Shown: piece after piece, positions 39,002 through 49,293 of the stretch | How positions within the stretch are numbered: the first letter of the stretch is position 1 | How the letters are laid out: the number at the start of each line of letters is the position of its first letter | Source: Ostreococcus lucimarinus | Taxonomy: Eukaryota | NCBI GenBank assembly: GCA_000092065.1 | Contig: CP000584.1 | Reading direction: 5' to 3' (one strand) | DNA: 64,000 nucleotides | Program-made: the position numbers and the translations under genes | Notes under the pieces: model-generated | Told to the model about the DNA's origin: nothing | The model's input: the letters and a program-made list of their open reading frames with translations, nothing else | The model's database searches: none

Positions 39002-42000
39002 ATGTCATCGACGACGACGATGACGACGACGCCGCCGGCGGGACGTTCGAGCGCGAGCGCGACGTCGTCCGCGAAGACCAATTCAGCGAAACCACTCGGG
39101 ACGTTCGATTGCGTGTATCGCGACCCCGACGCGCGCGCGCCCGTGCCTGGGAAGCTCAGCGTGTTCGAAACCGCGCTGTCGTTCACGTCGAACATCCTCG
39201 GGATGAATTTCGGAGGAACGAACGTCAAGATGAAGCTGCGGGACGTCAGCGAGGTGGACGGGACGACGCGGTTGGCGTTGAAGATTACGGGGAGGAACGA
39301 TAAGGTGCTGTTGCTGAGTTTTACGAATAGTGCGCCGGCGTTTGATTGCTTAGCGACGAGTTGGAAGCTGGTCCGCGCGGATGCCGACGTGCGAATCGCC
39401 ACCGGTCCGGGATTGCATCGGAAGAAGAAGTCCGGCGGCGCCGAGGCGAAGAATTTGATAGAGTACGGCAAGGACTTGTTTGAGGAGTATAAAGAGACGA
39501 TGGAGATCAAGGCGAGGAGTTTCGTAGAGGAGGCGAGTAAACTTGGGGCTAAACCGCGGCCGACGCCGAAAATGCCGATGGTCGATGTCGAGGATGAGGT
39601 GTCGAGGGCGCTGTTTATTCGCTTGGTCCGGGCGACGAATGTCGTGGCGATGGATTCGGGTGGGACGTCGGACCCGTTCGCGTCGGTGCGCTACCGTGGG
39701 CTCGAGTCGACGTCAAAAACGATCTGGAAAACGCTCGACCCGGAATGGGATGAGGTGTTCACGTTCAGAGTACCCCCCAACAAGACGACGTTGGACGAAA
39801 CAGATTTCGTAGAGATGCACATCTTTGATCGAGACGTCGCGCTCCATGATTTCATAGGTTATGTTAAACTCGATCTCACCGGTACGCGCGTGTACAGCTC
39901 AAAGCGCACGAAGATGACTCTCGAGTTGAAAAATCTTCCCGCCGACCAGCAGCCAGACTTTTTCGACGTCAATCACTTGAAGGAGAAGCTCATGTTTTGG
40001 GAGGGTGAGCGCCAAATCACGGGTACGGTGGAGATTGAATACTGGCTCGGGAATCGTCACGACGCGGACTACAGGATTGCGGGTGTGCCGTTATTGAGAA
40101 AACCTGATCCACGAGCCGGGGAAGCGATGAATCACTTCTGCGATCCGGTATCGGCACTTTTGCGCGTCGAGGTGAAGTGTGGCAGAAACATAATCAACCT
40201 AGACGACGACGACGGAAGCGATCCATACGTTGAAGTGGCTGTAGTTCAGCCAGATGGGACAGAGGAGAAACATCAAACACACTACATCGACGACGCGACC
40301 GATCCCGAATGGAACAGCACCTTCAACTTTATCGCCGCAAAGCCGTACAAGGCAGATTTAGTATTTCGCATGTACGATTACGATGGCGTGACAAGTTATG
40401 ACGATTTGATCGGCATGGTACGCATACCGATCAGTGAACTACAAACGCACAAAGGAATCACAAAGTTTCCAGACTCGCAGTGGTACACCCTGCTCGACGC
40501 TGAGGGCAAAGACTGCGACAAGGAAGGCACAAAGTACGGCGATATTGAAATCAGGGCCTACCTCGACGAAGAATATTTCGAGCACTTGCACGGTGGTAAC
40601 ACAAGTAAGGCCGTAGGTAAGCTTACATTGGACGTTTTGGAGGCAAAAGACTTAGAAGGCGCGCCGGACACGTACGTCATGGTCAAAACCGGGCCATATT
40701 GGTCGAGATTATCCGATCAAAAGGCGCAAAGCAATCCGCAGTGGAACGTGCGTTTGAGATACCCAATCATAGAACCGAGCGAACCGGTGACGGTCGGGGT
40801 GTTCAATTTATCTGATGGCTCTATGATTGGAAAGATAAGATGTGTTCTCTCTGGTTTAGACGATGGTTTGCGCTACGAGGATGATTTTCCGCTCAAGACG
40901 GTGAACAGGAGCGGTGTCGTCGTGACGAATGGCACGCTGCGCTGTTCGTTTACGTTCAAGCACAAATCGACTGCATCTTTCGCGAGTCGTTACATGCAGC
41001 CAGTACTTCCCGATAAGTGGTATATACAGCCGCTTTCGGATACCGAACGACGGCGCATGCTCAGGGCGCATTCCATGATGATGATGAAGCGACTTTACAA
41101 CTCGAATCCATCCATCCCGGAAGTTGTCTCCAAGGAACTCCTCGACTTTTCCAAGCAAGATGTCAGCATCAAGAGTATCAAGAGCTCAATCGCACGGATG
41201 GAGCGCGTCGTAACGAATTTGACATCGATCGGCGATAATCTTTCGTACGCGCTGAGCTGGGAGTCTATCCCGCTCACTATTTTCGTGCAACTGGTCATGG
41301 TGTACGTCATTCATCATCCGCACATGTTCTTTCCCATGTTCTTCTTGAGCATCGCGTTCCAGTCGCTGATGCGGTTTCCATCGCGTTACCAGCGCACGCT
41401 CGACCGCTGCGTACCTGACGATTGGCTCACCGTCGGCTTGGCGTTTCCACCGGATTCCGAAGAAGAGCTCGAGAAGAAGAAAGCGAGCGAAGCCGAGGCA
41501 AAGAAAAAACTTGAAGAGGCGAAGAAACTCGCGTTGGAGGAAGAAAAGCGTAAGGAAGCGGAAAAGAAAGAAGAAGAGAAGGAATCTGAAATTCAGAAGC
41601 CTCGCGAAGTGTTTTCGTTCGAAAGCCTAAATCCGCTCGCGGCGTTGCAGCGCCAAATGGATGAAATCACACAGATGATTACTGACGCCCAAGTCGTTTT
41701 GGATGACGCCGCCGGTATTCTCGAGCGCGTCGTGGGCATACTAGACTGGGACGAGCCTCGCGTGACCGCGTGCGTCGTCGTCGGTCTTTTCCTCATCGCT
41801 TGGGCTTTCATCTTCATCGACGCCGTCATTCGATTCATAACAACCGTCGTCGTCGGCGTCTTCGTCAAAACATTCTTCACCATCTTCTCCCCGGTCGCCA
41901 TCAAATGGGGCGTTTCATTCGCCACCCTCTTCGCTCTACGCCATCCCGCAATCTTACCCGACGCCGCCACCGCCGCGATCGAGGAAGAAAAGCGTCTTCG

Positions 42001-42169
42001 CCGCGCCGCCGCCCAAGCCGCCGCCCAAGCCTCCAGCGCCGGCGCCAAGGTCGAGAGCAAGGACAAGGCCGAAATCTTCGAGCCCAAATCCGCGGTTTTC
42101 GACCCGAGGCCGCTCGCTCCAGTGAACGTCTTCTACCGAATTCCGACCCAGGCCACGCGCGTGTTGTAA
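39002..42169 (+). CDS. multiple C2 domain and transmembrane region protein (MCTP/QUIRKY-like) with N-terminal GRAM/PH-like segment
   Basis: ATG at 39002 (the track ORF starts earlier, at 38231, and its first 575 nt overlap the CDCA7-like gene). About three C2 domains (e.g. VRATNVVAMDSGGTSDPFASVRY...). C-terminal hydrophobic hairpins (PRT_C-like). A lysine/glutamate-rich coiled segment is present. Confidence 0.8.
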   Translation: MSSTTTMTTTPPAGRSSASATSSAKTNSAKPLGTFDCVYRDPDARAPVPGKLSVFETALSFTSNILGMNFGGTNVKMKLRDVSEVDGTTRLALKITGRNDKVLLLSFTNSAPAFDCLATSWKLVRADADVRIATGPGLHRKKKSGGAEAKNLIEYGKDLFEEYKETMEIKARSFVEEASKLGAKPRPTPKMPMVDVEDEVSRALFIRLVRATNVVAMDSGGTSDPFASVRYRGLESTSKTIWKTLDPEWDEVFTFRVPPNKTTLDETDFVEMHIFDRDVALHDFIGYVKLDLTGTRVYSSKRTKMTLELKNLPADQQPDFFDVNHLKEKLMFWEGERQITGTVEIEYWLGNRHDADYRIAGVPLLRKPDPRAGEAMNHFCDPVSALLRVEVKCGRNIINLDDDDGSDPYVEVAVVQPDGTEEKHQTHYIDDATDPEWNSTFNFIAAKPYKADLVFRMYDYDGVTSYDDLIGMVRIPISELQTHKGITKFPDSQWYTLLDAEGKDCDKEGTKYGDIEIRAYLDEEYFEHLHGGNTSKAVGKLTLDVLEAKDLEGAPDTYVMVKTGPYWSRLSDQKAQSNPQWNVRLRYPIIEPSEPVTVGVFNLSDGSMIGKIRCVLSGLDDGLRYEDDFPLKTVNRSGVVVTNGTLRCSFTFKHKSTASFASRYMQPVLPDKWYIQPLSDTERRRMLRAHSMMMMKRLYNSNPSIPEVVSKELLDFSKQDVSIKSIKSSIARMERVVTNLTSIGDNLSYALSWESIPLTIFVQLVMVYVIHHPHMFFPMFFLSIAFQSLMRFPSRYQRTLDRCVPDDWLTVGLAFPPDSEEELEKKKASEAEAKKKLEEAKKLALEEEKRKEAEKKEEEKESEIQKPREVFSFESLNPLAALQRQMDEITQMITDAQVVLDDAAGILERVVGILDWDEPRVTACVVVGLFLIAWAFIFIDAVIRFITTVVVGVFVKTFFTIFSPVAIKWGVSFATLFALRHPAILPDAATAAIEEEKRLRRAAAQAAAQASSAGAKVESKDKAEIFEPKSAVFDPRPLAPVNVFYRIPTQATRVL

Positions 42170-42501
42170 TTTAACCAAGAGCTCCTCGCGCTTCGTTTGA
42201 CACCGAATGATGTCTCGTCACTGTTCGCCCGTGTCCCGAGCGCAGTCTCGGTGAGAGACCGCACAGTGCGGCGCGCCCCTCACTCGCGCCACGCGAGCGC
42301 GCGGAAACGACGCGAAAGGCGTCCAACCGCGCGTTCGATCCGCCTCGCGCGCTCGGGCGGGTGCGATCGCGCGCGGTCGGCGAAGATCCGTCGAGTGGCG
42401 GCGGCGGCGGCTCGAGTTTGAAGATTTACGCCTCACGCGCGCGCACGACTTCGCGAGGACGACGGAGGTCGCGCTGAGAAGTCCGTGGTAACTTTTAGCG
42501 C

Positions 42502-44043
42502 ATGCCTCGCTCGAGCGCGGCGAGCATGGAGGCGACGATGACGCCCGGTCAGCTCGGATGGGACTTTTCCCAGGTTTTCGGCGAACGCGCGCCGGGGGAG
42601 GAGGTGCAGGACGCGGATGTCATATCGGCGGTAGAGTTTAACGCCGATGGAGAAAAACTGGCGACAGGTGATCGCGGTGGGCGTGTCGTGCTGTTTGAAC
42701 GCGTGTACCAGAGTAAGAGCGCGATGGAGGAGTTACGTTCGAGGTTCGACGAGAGCGGCGTGGCGAGCGACGTCGACGGCGGCGAGAAAGGGACGGACGC
42801 GGCGTTTAGTGGACGCAAGGAACCGGTGGAATATCGTTACTTGACCGAGTTTCAATCGCACGAGCCGGAGTTTGATTATCTCAAGTCGCTGGAGATTGAG
42901 GAGAAGATCAATACGTTGAAGTGGTGTCACCAAGGGGCGAACGACGCGAATTTCTTGTTGTCCACAAACGACAAGACGATCAAGCTCTGGAAGGTATATG
43001 AGAAGCACTTAGAGTGCGTGAGTGGGTTCAACGTCCATAGAGAAGAAGATAGATTCGGGTTTAGACGGACGAATGGTGGGAAGGCCGCCACGACGAGCGC
43101 GACGGGCATTGGCGCTTTGGCGAATGAGCAACACGCGGGCGCGCTGAAGATTCCCTCCGTCGTGCGTGGGGAGAGCGTGTTCACGGCGAGAAACCGGCGA
43201 ATGTATGCGAACGCGCACGCGTATCACATCAACTCGCTGAGCGTGAATAGCGATGGAGAGACGTTTATTAGTGCGGATGATTTGCGGATAAACTTGTGGC
43301 ACTTGGAGAGTACGCAGCAAAGTTTCAACATCGTGGACATCAAACCTACGAACATGGAAGACTTGAGCGAGGTGATCACCGCCGCGGAATTTCACCCGGT
43401 GCACTGTAACTATTTGGCGTTCTCGTCGAGCAAAGGAACCATACGTTTGACGGATTTACGTCAACACTCGGTGTGCGATTCGCACTGTAAGCTGTTTGAA
43501 CTCCCGGAGCCGGCGGAGAAGAGAAGTTTCTTTTCGGAAATCATAGCCAGCATCAGCGACATCAAGTTCAGTCGAGACGGTCGATACATATTATCGCGAG
43601 ATTATCTCACCATGAAACTTTGGGACGTCAACATGGACAGCAAACCTGTGGCGACGGTGAACGTGCACGAGCACCTTCGTCCCAAACTGTGCGACTTGTA
43701 CGAGAACGATTCTATTTTCGACAAGTTTCAATGCTGCGTCAACCACGACGGTTCTCAAGTCGCCACAGGTTCATACGGGAACGTGTTCAAGAGCTTTAAC
43801 ACCGCTATCGGCGACGAGGGTGAATCGGGAGGCCAATTTGAAGTGTCCAAGGATCCGCGGGGCAGATTGACTCCGAAGACGCGCGGCAACGGATATCACG
43901 GCGGCGCCGGTGACATCTTCAACCTTCCTCCGGCTGATTTCCGCGCGAACAAAATCCTCCACATGGCCTGGCACCCGAAAGAAGACATCATCGCCACTGC
44001 CGCCGCCAACTCCCTGTACTTCTTCTCCGGCGGCTCTCCGTGA
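42502..44043 (+). CDS. protein phosphatase 2A regulatory subunit B (B55/PR55, WD40)
   Basis: ATG at 42502. ISAVEFNADGEKLATGDRGGRVVLFE, EFDYLKSLEIEEKINTLKW, NDKTIKLWKV and YHINSLSVNSDGETFISADDLRINLW are typical B55 blocks. Confidence 0.9.
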   Translation: MPRSSAASMEATMTPGQLGWDFSQVFGERAPGEEVQDADVISAVEFNADGEKLATGDRGGRVVLFERVYQSKSAMEELRSRFDESGVASDVDGGEKGTDAAFSGRKEPVEYRYLTEFQSHEPEFDYLKSLEIEEKINTLKWCHQGANDANFLLSTNDKTIKLWKVYEKHLECVSGFNVHREEDRFGFRRTNGGKAATTSATGIGALANEQHAGALKIPSVVRGESVFTARNRRMYANAHAYHINSLSVNSDGETFISADDLRINLWHLESTQQSFNIVDIKPTNMEDLSEVITAAEFHPVHCNYLAFSSSKGTIRLTDLRQHSVCDSHCKLFELPEPAEKRSFFSEIIASISDIKFSRDGRYILSRDYLTMKLWDVNMDSKPVATVNVHEHLRPKLCDLYENDSIFDKFQCCVNHDGSQVATGSYGNVFKSFNTAIGDEGESGGQFEVSKDPRGRLTPKTRGNGYHGGAGDIFNLPPADFRANKILHMAWHPKEDIIATAAANSLYFFSGGSP

Positions 44044-44234
44044 GCCGCCCGAGGCGAGAAAGCACCGCGCGGGTCCTGCCCGCGCTCATAGAACCAACAG
44101 CGCCAACGCGCAGCCGCTCGATTTTAATCACGCAAATTAGCGCCGATCGCGTTTCCGCTTCCATCGCGTCGATTTTCGCACCCGCCTTCGCGCGTCGACA
44201 CCGCACTGCGCGCAGCGGCGACGCGCTCGCCGGC

Positions 44235-44762
44235 ATGGACGCGTCCACCTTCCGAGCGTTCCGCGACCGCGGCGCCTTCGCCCCGCACGAACAGACGAAA
44301 ACGACCACCGACGACCCATCGCGCCGTCCTTCGTTTCACGACGCCGAGCGCGCGACGCGCAGCACCGCCGACCAAGCGTCGCATTCGGTCCCAGTCGGTC
44401 GGTCCCAGTCGCCGCGTCGACTCGACGGCTGGCCCGAGGAAACTCGACACATCAATATCGGCGCTCGCACCGTTCACTGGCGCCGATCCCACACGCGCGC
44501 GACGCTGCAGGCGTTGATGTGGTCGGGCGTCGTCGCGACGTCGTGCTGGTGCTACCTGCGCGTCAGCTCCGTCAGCGGCGCGCTGCTCCTCGGCGCGTGC
44601 GTGTTCGCCAAGGCGAGCTTCGACATGCTGGTCGCGCTCAGATCGTCGAAGAGCGAGACCACCGCGAATTGGTACGTCGAGGACGCGAACGAGGCCGTCC
44701 ACACGGGACCATTCGTGACGCCGCGGTACGGCGCCGAGGACGGCCGAGCCGAAGCCGCGTAG
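44235..44762 (+). CDS. possible small membrane protein (low confidence)
   Basis: The ORF runs 44040..44762. The first ATG is at 44235. A hydrophobic stretch LQALMWSGVVATSCWCYLRVSSVSGALLLGACVFA is present. It could instead be 3' UTR of the B55 gene. Confidence 0.2.
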   Translation: MDASTFRAFRDRGAFAPHEQTKTTTDDPSRRPSFHDAERATRSTADQASHSVPVGRSQSPRRLDGWPEETRHINIGARTVHWRRSHTRATLQALMWSGVVATSCWCYLRVSSVSGALLLGACVFAKASFDMLVALRSSKSETTANWYVEDANEAVHTGPFVTPRYGAEDGRAEAA

Positions 44763-44983
44763 CGCGTCGCGATATCGCGAACTGTAGATCTATCTAGCCC
44801 TGAACGCCGATCGACCGCCGGTCGACGCGTCGTTCGCGCACATAGCCGTCGCTTTCTTTGTATTCACTCGTGCCGCGCACGTTTGCGATCGATCTTCGAT
44901 CGCGCTCGCGAGTCCTCGCGTCCCGCTCGACGACCCCGCGCGCGATCTTGTCCGCACTTTGAGACTCCCGAAGCGCGCGCGCC

Positions 44984-45320
44984 ATGCTTCGAGAGATCGC
45001 TAAGCGAGTGATTCCGCGAAAGCAGTGGGCGGCCACATACGTCGATACCATGCCCGTGCGTGCGCGGTGACCGGTGACGCGCGCGCGCGACGTTTTAATT
45101 CGCTCGGGACACGGCTCGGGTGAGCTTCGTTTTATCGACAGAAAAGACTGACGACGACGCGCTTCGTGCGCTGAACCGCGCGCAGAGCATGCGACACGCG
45201 AGAGGCGCCGCGCGATGGGGCGGAGTGGCGGTGTTTGGGTTGTTTTGGTTGATCGGGGACGAGTCGTTCGCGTGGGCGAAGAGCGTCGTCGTCGGCGGAG
45301 CCTCGGAGGAGGAGGAATAG
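44984..45320 (+). CDS. candidate unannotated 68-aa single-TM protein with acidic tail; exons 44984..45055 and 45186..45320
   Basis: ATG at 44984 (MLREIAKRVIPRKQWAATYVDTMP). A GTGCGT donor sits at 45056. GACTGACGAC lies 33 nt before a CGCGCGCAG acceptor at 45185. Exon 2 reads SMRHARGAARWGGVAVFGLFWLIGDESFAWAKSVVVGGASEEEE in phase 0. Confidence 0.35.
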
Positions 45321-45412
45321 GTTGTGCGGTGCGAGATTTCGCGCATGTGATATTAAAAAAGACGTGATCGAATGCTTTTACGCTCGCGCGCGATGCGACG
45401 AATCGAGAGGCG

Positions 45413-47950
45413 TCATCGTCCCACGGTTTCGCGCGGTTTCGCGCGTTGCCGGACGCCCTGCGACGTGATATCCCCGCTCGCGTGCGCGAATTGAGAGTTT
45501 GGATCGGTCCCGGCGTGGGCGACGGTGCCACCGACCGGGGCGGCGGGGATCGGAGTGGACTCGGGCGACCAACTGCGCGCGCCCTCGTCGGCGAGTTTTT
45601 TCAGTATGCCCACGCCAACTGGGACGATTTTCGCCGCGAGGACGGTCAAGCCCGGGACCATGCCGAGCTGCATCGCGGATGTGACGTCGAGTTGATTAAA
45701 GATCGCGCGAGCGTATAAGCCCAGAGCGACGATGATGAATAGCGTCAAAGGATGCGTGAGCAACCATTTGATTTCATTCATGCCCAAGATTATCAACAGA
45801 ACAATCATCCAAATTGGCGCGCCTCCGGTGAGGGCTCGTCGCGCGGCTTCTTTCGCCGCCATGGCTTGCGAGACGGCGTAGAGAGTATCGGATTCGAACT
45901 GAAGCCAAATCGTTCGACATTCGGCAGGAGTCAAGATGACGGCGTCATCGGCGGCGTCTTCCCATTCCGTCGGCAGCGACACGGCGACTGGTTCTGCCGT
46001 CGACGGCGTTTCCGTCGCATCGTCGCCGTCTTCAACGCCCGATGTCAGCGGCGCATCCGATGGAATCAGGCCGTAAAGCGCAGTTTCGATCGATTTAATT
46101 GCCGCGTCGTCGCCCTTCTTATCTGCACGGTCGTCCAGACGCGTCACCGCGAGGAGCGATAACACCCGCAGAGCTTCTCGCTGTGCTTTTCTATTTATCG
46201 CCGCCACGTCATCCAGCGGACGCCAAATTCTCGGTAAACCCTTGGAATCTTTCGAAAACACTCGAGCAAACGCTTGTTTCATGTGTGCCAACGCAGCGGT
46301 GGCGGCGTCGCGCGATTTCCCGTCGACTACCTCGGTGATTCTATTGCGCATGTTCTGGTGCACGCGCTCTACTTCCTCATCGCTGGGCTCAAACTCACTC
46401 ACAGCATCCGCCACTTCCGAATTCCACTTTTCCGCAGCGCTCGAGCGCATTTGGCGCAGCTTGTACCACATGTCACGCGGTGCTTCCTCCAACAGTCCGA
46501 TGGCTTGCGCGCTGACGCCGCGCTCCATCGCACGTTCGCACGCGTGAATGGTCAAGTTCATGCGTTCCTTACGCAACGAGTCCACGATCGCATCGATGGT
46601 CTTGTGGAAATTTTTTGTTTCCTCCACGACAAAATCCGCCCACGCGAGATCATCGGTCGGTAAAGACTCGTCGAGTCTTTCTTCCCACTGCGCGTCGAGC
46701 TTGGTAAACGTCTCCTTCAAAAACGTCGCGAATCCAACTCTATCTTCACTTCGCTTTTTCCCCGGCACGTACGCCGCCGCGGCGTCACCAAGTGTCGCGT
46801 TCACTTCGTGCACGAGCGACTCGACAATATCTTGACGCACGTGTTCTAAATGCATCGATGCGACCTCGCCGAGCGTCTTGGCGACGCGCGCTTTCAAATC
46901 CAAGCGCTTCGCTTCGCGCACCTCCTTCACGAAGTACTTGGCTTCGTCGTCGTAAGGTGTCAAGGCTTTGTTCGTCAACTTTTCAATTTTGGACACAAGA
47001 TGCGACACCTTGGCGCTTTTGGCTTCCTTCAGTAGATTCGCCAGTTCGTCGCACTCGGTAATTTGCGCGAGCGCGGCGTCGGCGATTTCCTCGCATCGCA
47101 CTGTAGCTACCATAATCTTGTGCGCAGGCAGATCTAAGTCTTTATTCGCCTTGACCGTGTTCCACACTTCACGCAATGAAACCCCCAAACCGGAAATGGG
47201 TACCGCTGCGGCGGTGTCGCGTAAACTGTCCGCAGCGTTCGCCGGCGCGTCAAAGCGCGCGCGCAGCGCCTTCGCTTCTGCGACAAACAACTCGTGCTCA
47301 TGCTCGTAATGCGGCAGCGAAGTGAATTTCAACTCAAACAAGTCCGTAATCGCACTGTTCGCGTACCTCTCCGGCTTCGTGATGCCGCGCCAGATCGATT
47401 CTAAATCTCCGCGCAAATTCTCCACAAGCCGCTCAAACGGCGTCTTCGACCTATCCCGAATCACAAACAACAACACCGTCTTCTTCTCCGGCGAAAACAC
47501 CTTCAAGTTCACCTCAAATATCGTCCTCAACAACGGTTTCCCGCTCGCTTGTTCCCGACCGATATCGTTGCACCACATATTCACCAACAGCACGTCCGCG
47601 CTCGCCATCGCGAAGAGCGCCGTCTGCTTCTCGAACGCCGTGTCCTCCTCCCCTCGTTCGCGTCCATCCGTCCCCTCCAGATCCATCACCAGCGTCGGCG
47701 TCGTTTCACACGTTTCCGCTCGCGACAGCCACACTCCTTGCGTCGTTTGCGACCGTCCGAGGCTATCATCCATCTCCCGGAACGCCGTCCCGAACGCGTG
47801 GTTCAGCAGCGTCGACTTCCCCGAGCTCTGCGGTCCCATGATGGCGACGATTTGATACTTCGACTCCCACCCGCTCGCGTTCGCCGGCAGCGCCGCGCGC
47901 AGACTTTCATCGACGTACTCTCCGTCGAACGTCACGATCTGCGTCGCCAT
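45413..47950 (-). CDS. RHD3: RHD3/Sey1 (atlastin-like) dynamin-family GTPase
   Basis: ATG at 47950. GTPase domain IVAIMGPQSSGKSTLLNHAFGT ... DLEGTDGRERGE. Long helical middle region and C-terminal TM hairpin (IWMIVLLIILGMNEI...). Confidence 0.9.
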   Translation of the reverse strand: MATQIVTFDGEYVDESLRAALPANASGWESKYQIVAIMGPQSSGKSTLLNHAFGTAFREMDDSLGRSQTTQGVWLSRAETCETTPTLVMDLEGTDGRERGEEDTAFEKQTALFAMASADVLLVNMWCNDIGREQASGKPLLRTIFEVNLKVFSPEKKTVLLFVIRDRSKTPFERLVENLRGDLESIWRGITKPERYANSAITDLFELKFTSLPHYEHEHELFVAEAKALRARFDAPANAADSLRDTAAAVPISGLGVSLREVWNTVKANKDLDLPAHKIMVATVRCEEIADAALAQITECDELANLLKEAKSAKVSHLVSKIEKLTNKALTPYDDEAKYFVKEVREAKRLDLKARVAKTLGEVASMHLEHVRQDIVESLVHEVNATLGDAAAAYVPGKKRSEDRVGFATFLKETFTKLDAQWEERLDESLPTDDLAWADFVVEETKNFHKTIDAIVDSLRKERMNLTIHACERAMERGVSAQAIGLLEEAPRDMWYKLRQMRSSAAEKWNSEVADAVSEFEPSDEEVERVHQNMRNRITEVVDGKSRDAATAALAHMKQAFARVFSKDSKGLPRIWRPLDDVAAINRKAQREALRVLSLLAVTRLDDRADKKGDDAAIKSIETALYGLIPSDAPLTSGVEDGDDATETPSTAEPVAVSLPTEWEDAADDAVILTPAECRTIWLQFESDTLYAVSQAMAAKEAARRALTGGAPIWMIVLLIILGMNEIKWLLTHPLTLFIIVALGLYARAIFNQLDVTSAMQLGMVPGLTVLAAKIVPVGVGILKKLADEGARSWSPESTPIPAAPVGGTVAHAGTDPNSQFAHASGDITSQGVRQRAKPRETVGR

Positions 47951-48293
47951 CGTCGTCGCGCCGAGCCGTCGAGACGCGCAATCCAGTCAACCAACGGTGA
48001 ATTCGCTCGATCGTTCGTTCGCTCGCTCGCGCGCGCGCGCGCGCGTCCGTCGCTCGCGCGCGTCCGTCGGCGTCGATCGTCGCGTCGTCGGTCGATCGAT
48101 CGCTCGGCGCGCGTCGCGACGATCGCGACGAACGATTCGCGGCGAGATGTGCCGTCGCCGCGCTGTCGTCGCGCTGTCGCACTCGACGACGCGCGCGACC
48201 GAGCGAGGACGCGCGCATCGTCGCCGACGACGGCCGAGCGGCGCGAGAGAGACGCGCGCGCGCGTCGGGAGCGCGCGTCGGGGCGAACGGCGC

Positions 48294-48348
48294 GACGACG
48301 ACGACGATGACGATGACGACGATGACGACGACGACGACGATGACGATT
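48294..48348. repeat. (GACGAT/GAC)n microsatellite spanning the start codon of the downstream gene
   Basis: The sequence gacgacgacgacgatgacgatgacgacgatgacgacgacgacgacgatgacg is seen directly. Confidence 0.6.
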
Positions 48349-49152
48349 CGGACGGACCGCGCGACGACGGACCGCGCGCGACGAATGCGCGCGATGACGG
48401 CGCGCGGCGCGCGACGATGCGCGACGACGCGCCGAGCGTCGACGCCGGAGGCGCGGGAGGCGAGCGATGGGAGCTTTGAGTGGTATCGCGAGCCGCAACG
48501 CGTGGCGACGGCGTGCGCGTGGGTGGCGCTCGGGTCGTTCGCGACCTTCGGGGCGCCGAGCGGGACGTCGGCGTTCGATTTAGAGCTCGTGAAATCGCTC
48601 GTGAGCGCACCGTTCACGGGGGCGGTGAACCCGTTGTTCGAGGCGTTGTTCAATTCGCTGGGCGTCGTTCCGGCGACGTACGCGTGCTTGATGATGCCCG
48701 GCGCGAAGGGGAATAAGTCGCCGTTTCCCGCGGCGCTGTGCGTCGGCGCGAGCTTTGCCCTCGGCTTTTTCGCGCTCGGACCGTATTTGGTGACTCGCGA
48801 GCCGCGAACGAGGGTGAAGAGGAGCGAATTAGGATTCGTGACGAGAAATATTTGGGAGAGCAAGCTCAACGCGGCGGCGTTGTTAGGATTCGCGGCGTAT
48901 CTGGCCTTTTACGGCGCCTCGAACGTGACGCCTGACACGCTCGCCGGTTTCGCCACGCTTTTCAAAGAGCAATCCATGCTCGCGTGCGTGAGCACGTGCG
49001 ACTTGATCGTCCTCTCGCTGTGCGTGGCGCCCGCCATCGCCGAGGACATGCGTCGCAGAGACGTCGACGACGCCAACGCCCTCGCGTTCGCCAGCGTCCC
49101 CGTCCTCGGTCCGGCGTGCTGGCTTCTCGTGCGTCCATCGTTAGAGGATTAA
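48307..49152 (+). CDS. hypothetical multi-TM membrane protein with Thr/Arg-rich presequence
   Basis: ATG at 48307. Four to five hydrophobic segments. No family assigned. Confidence 0.5.
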   Translation: MTMTTMTTTTTMTIRTDRATTDRARRMRAMTARGARRCATTRRASTPEAREASDGSFEWYREPQRVATACAWVALGSFATFGAPSGTSAFDLELVKSLVSAPFTGAVNPLFEALFNSLGVVPATYACLMMPGAKGNKSPFPAALCVGASFALGFFALGPYLVTREPRTRVKRSELGFVTRNIWESKLNAAALLGFAAYLAFYGASNVTPDTLAGFATLFKEQSMLACVSTCDLIVLSLCVAPAIAEDMRRRDVDDANALAFASVPVLGPACWLLVRPSLED

Positions 49153-49293
49153 ATTCACTTATCGCGGTATTCTTTCGTCCATCGTTCGTCCGCGTCGACG
49201 CGCCCGTCGAGATTTTTCTAGATTTTTTCCTCCACTGGGCAAACAGTCACGCGACGTGAACGTCGACCTCCCTCTGGCGCTCGTCCTCAGAGC

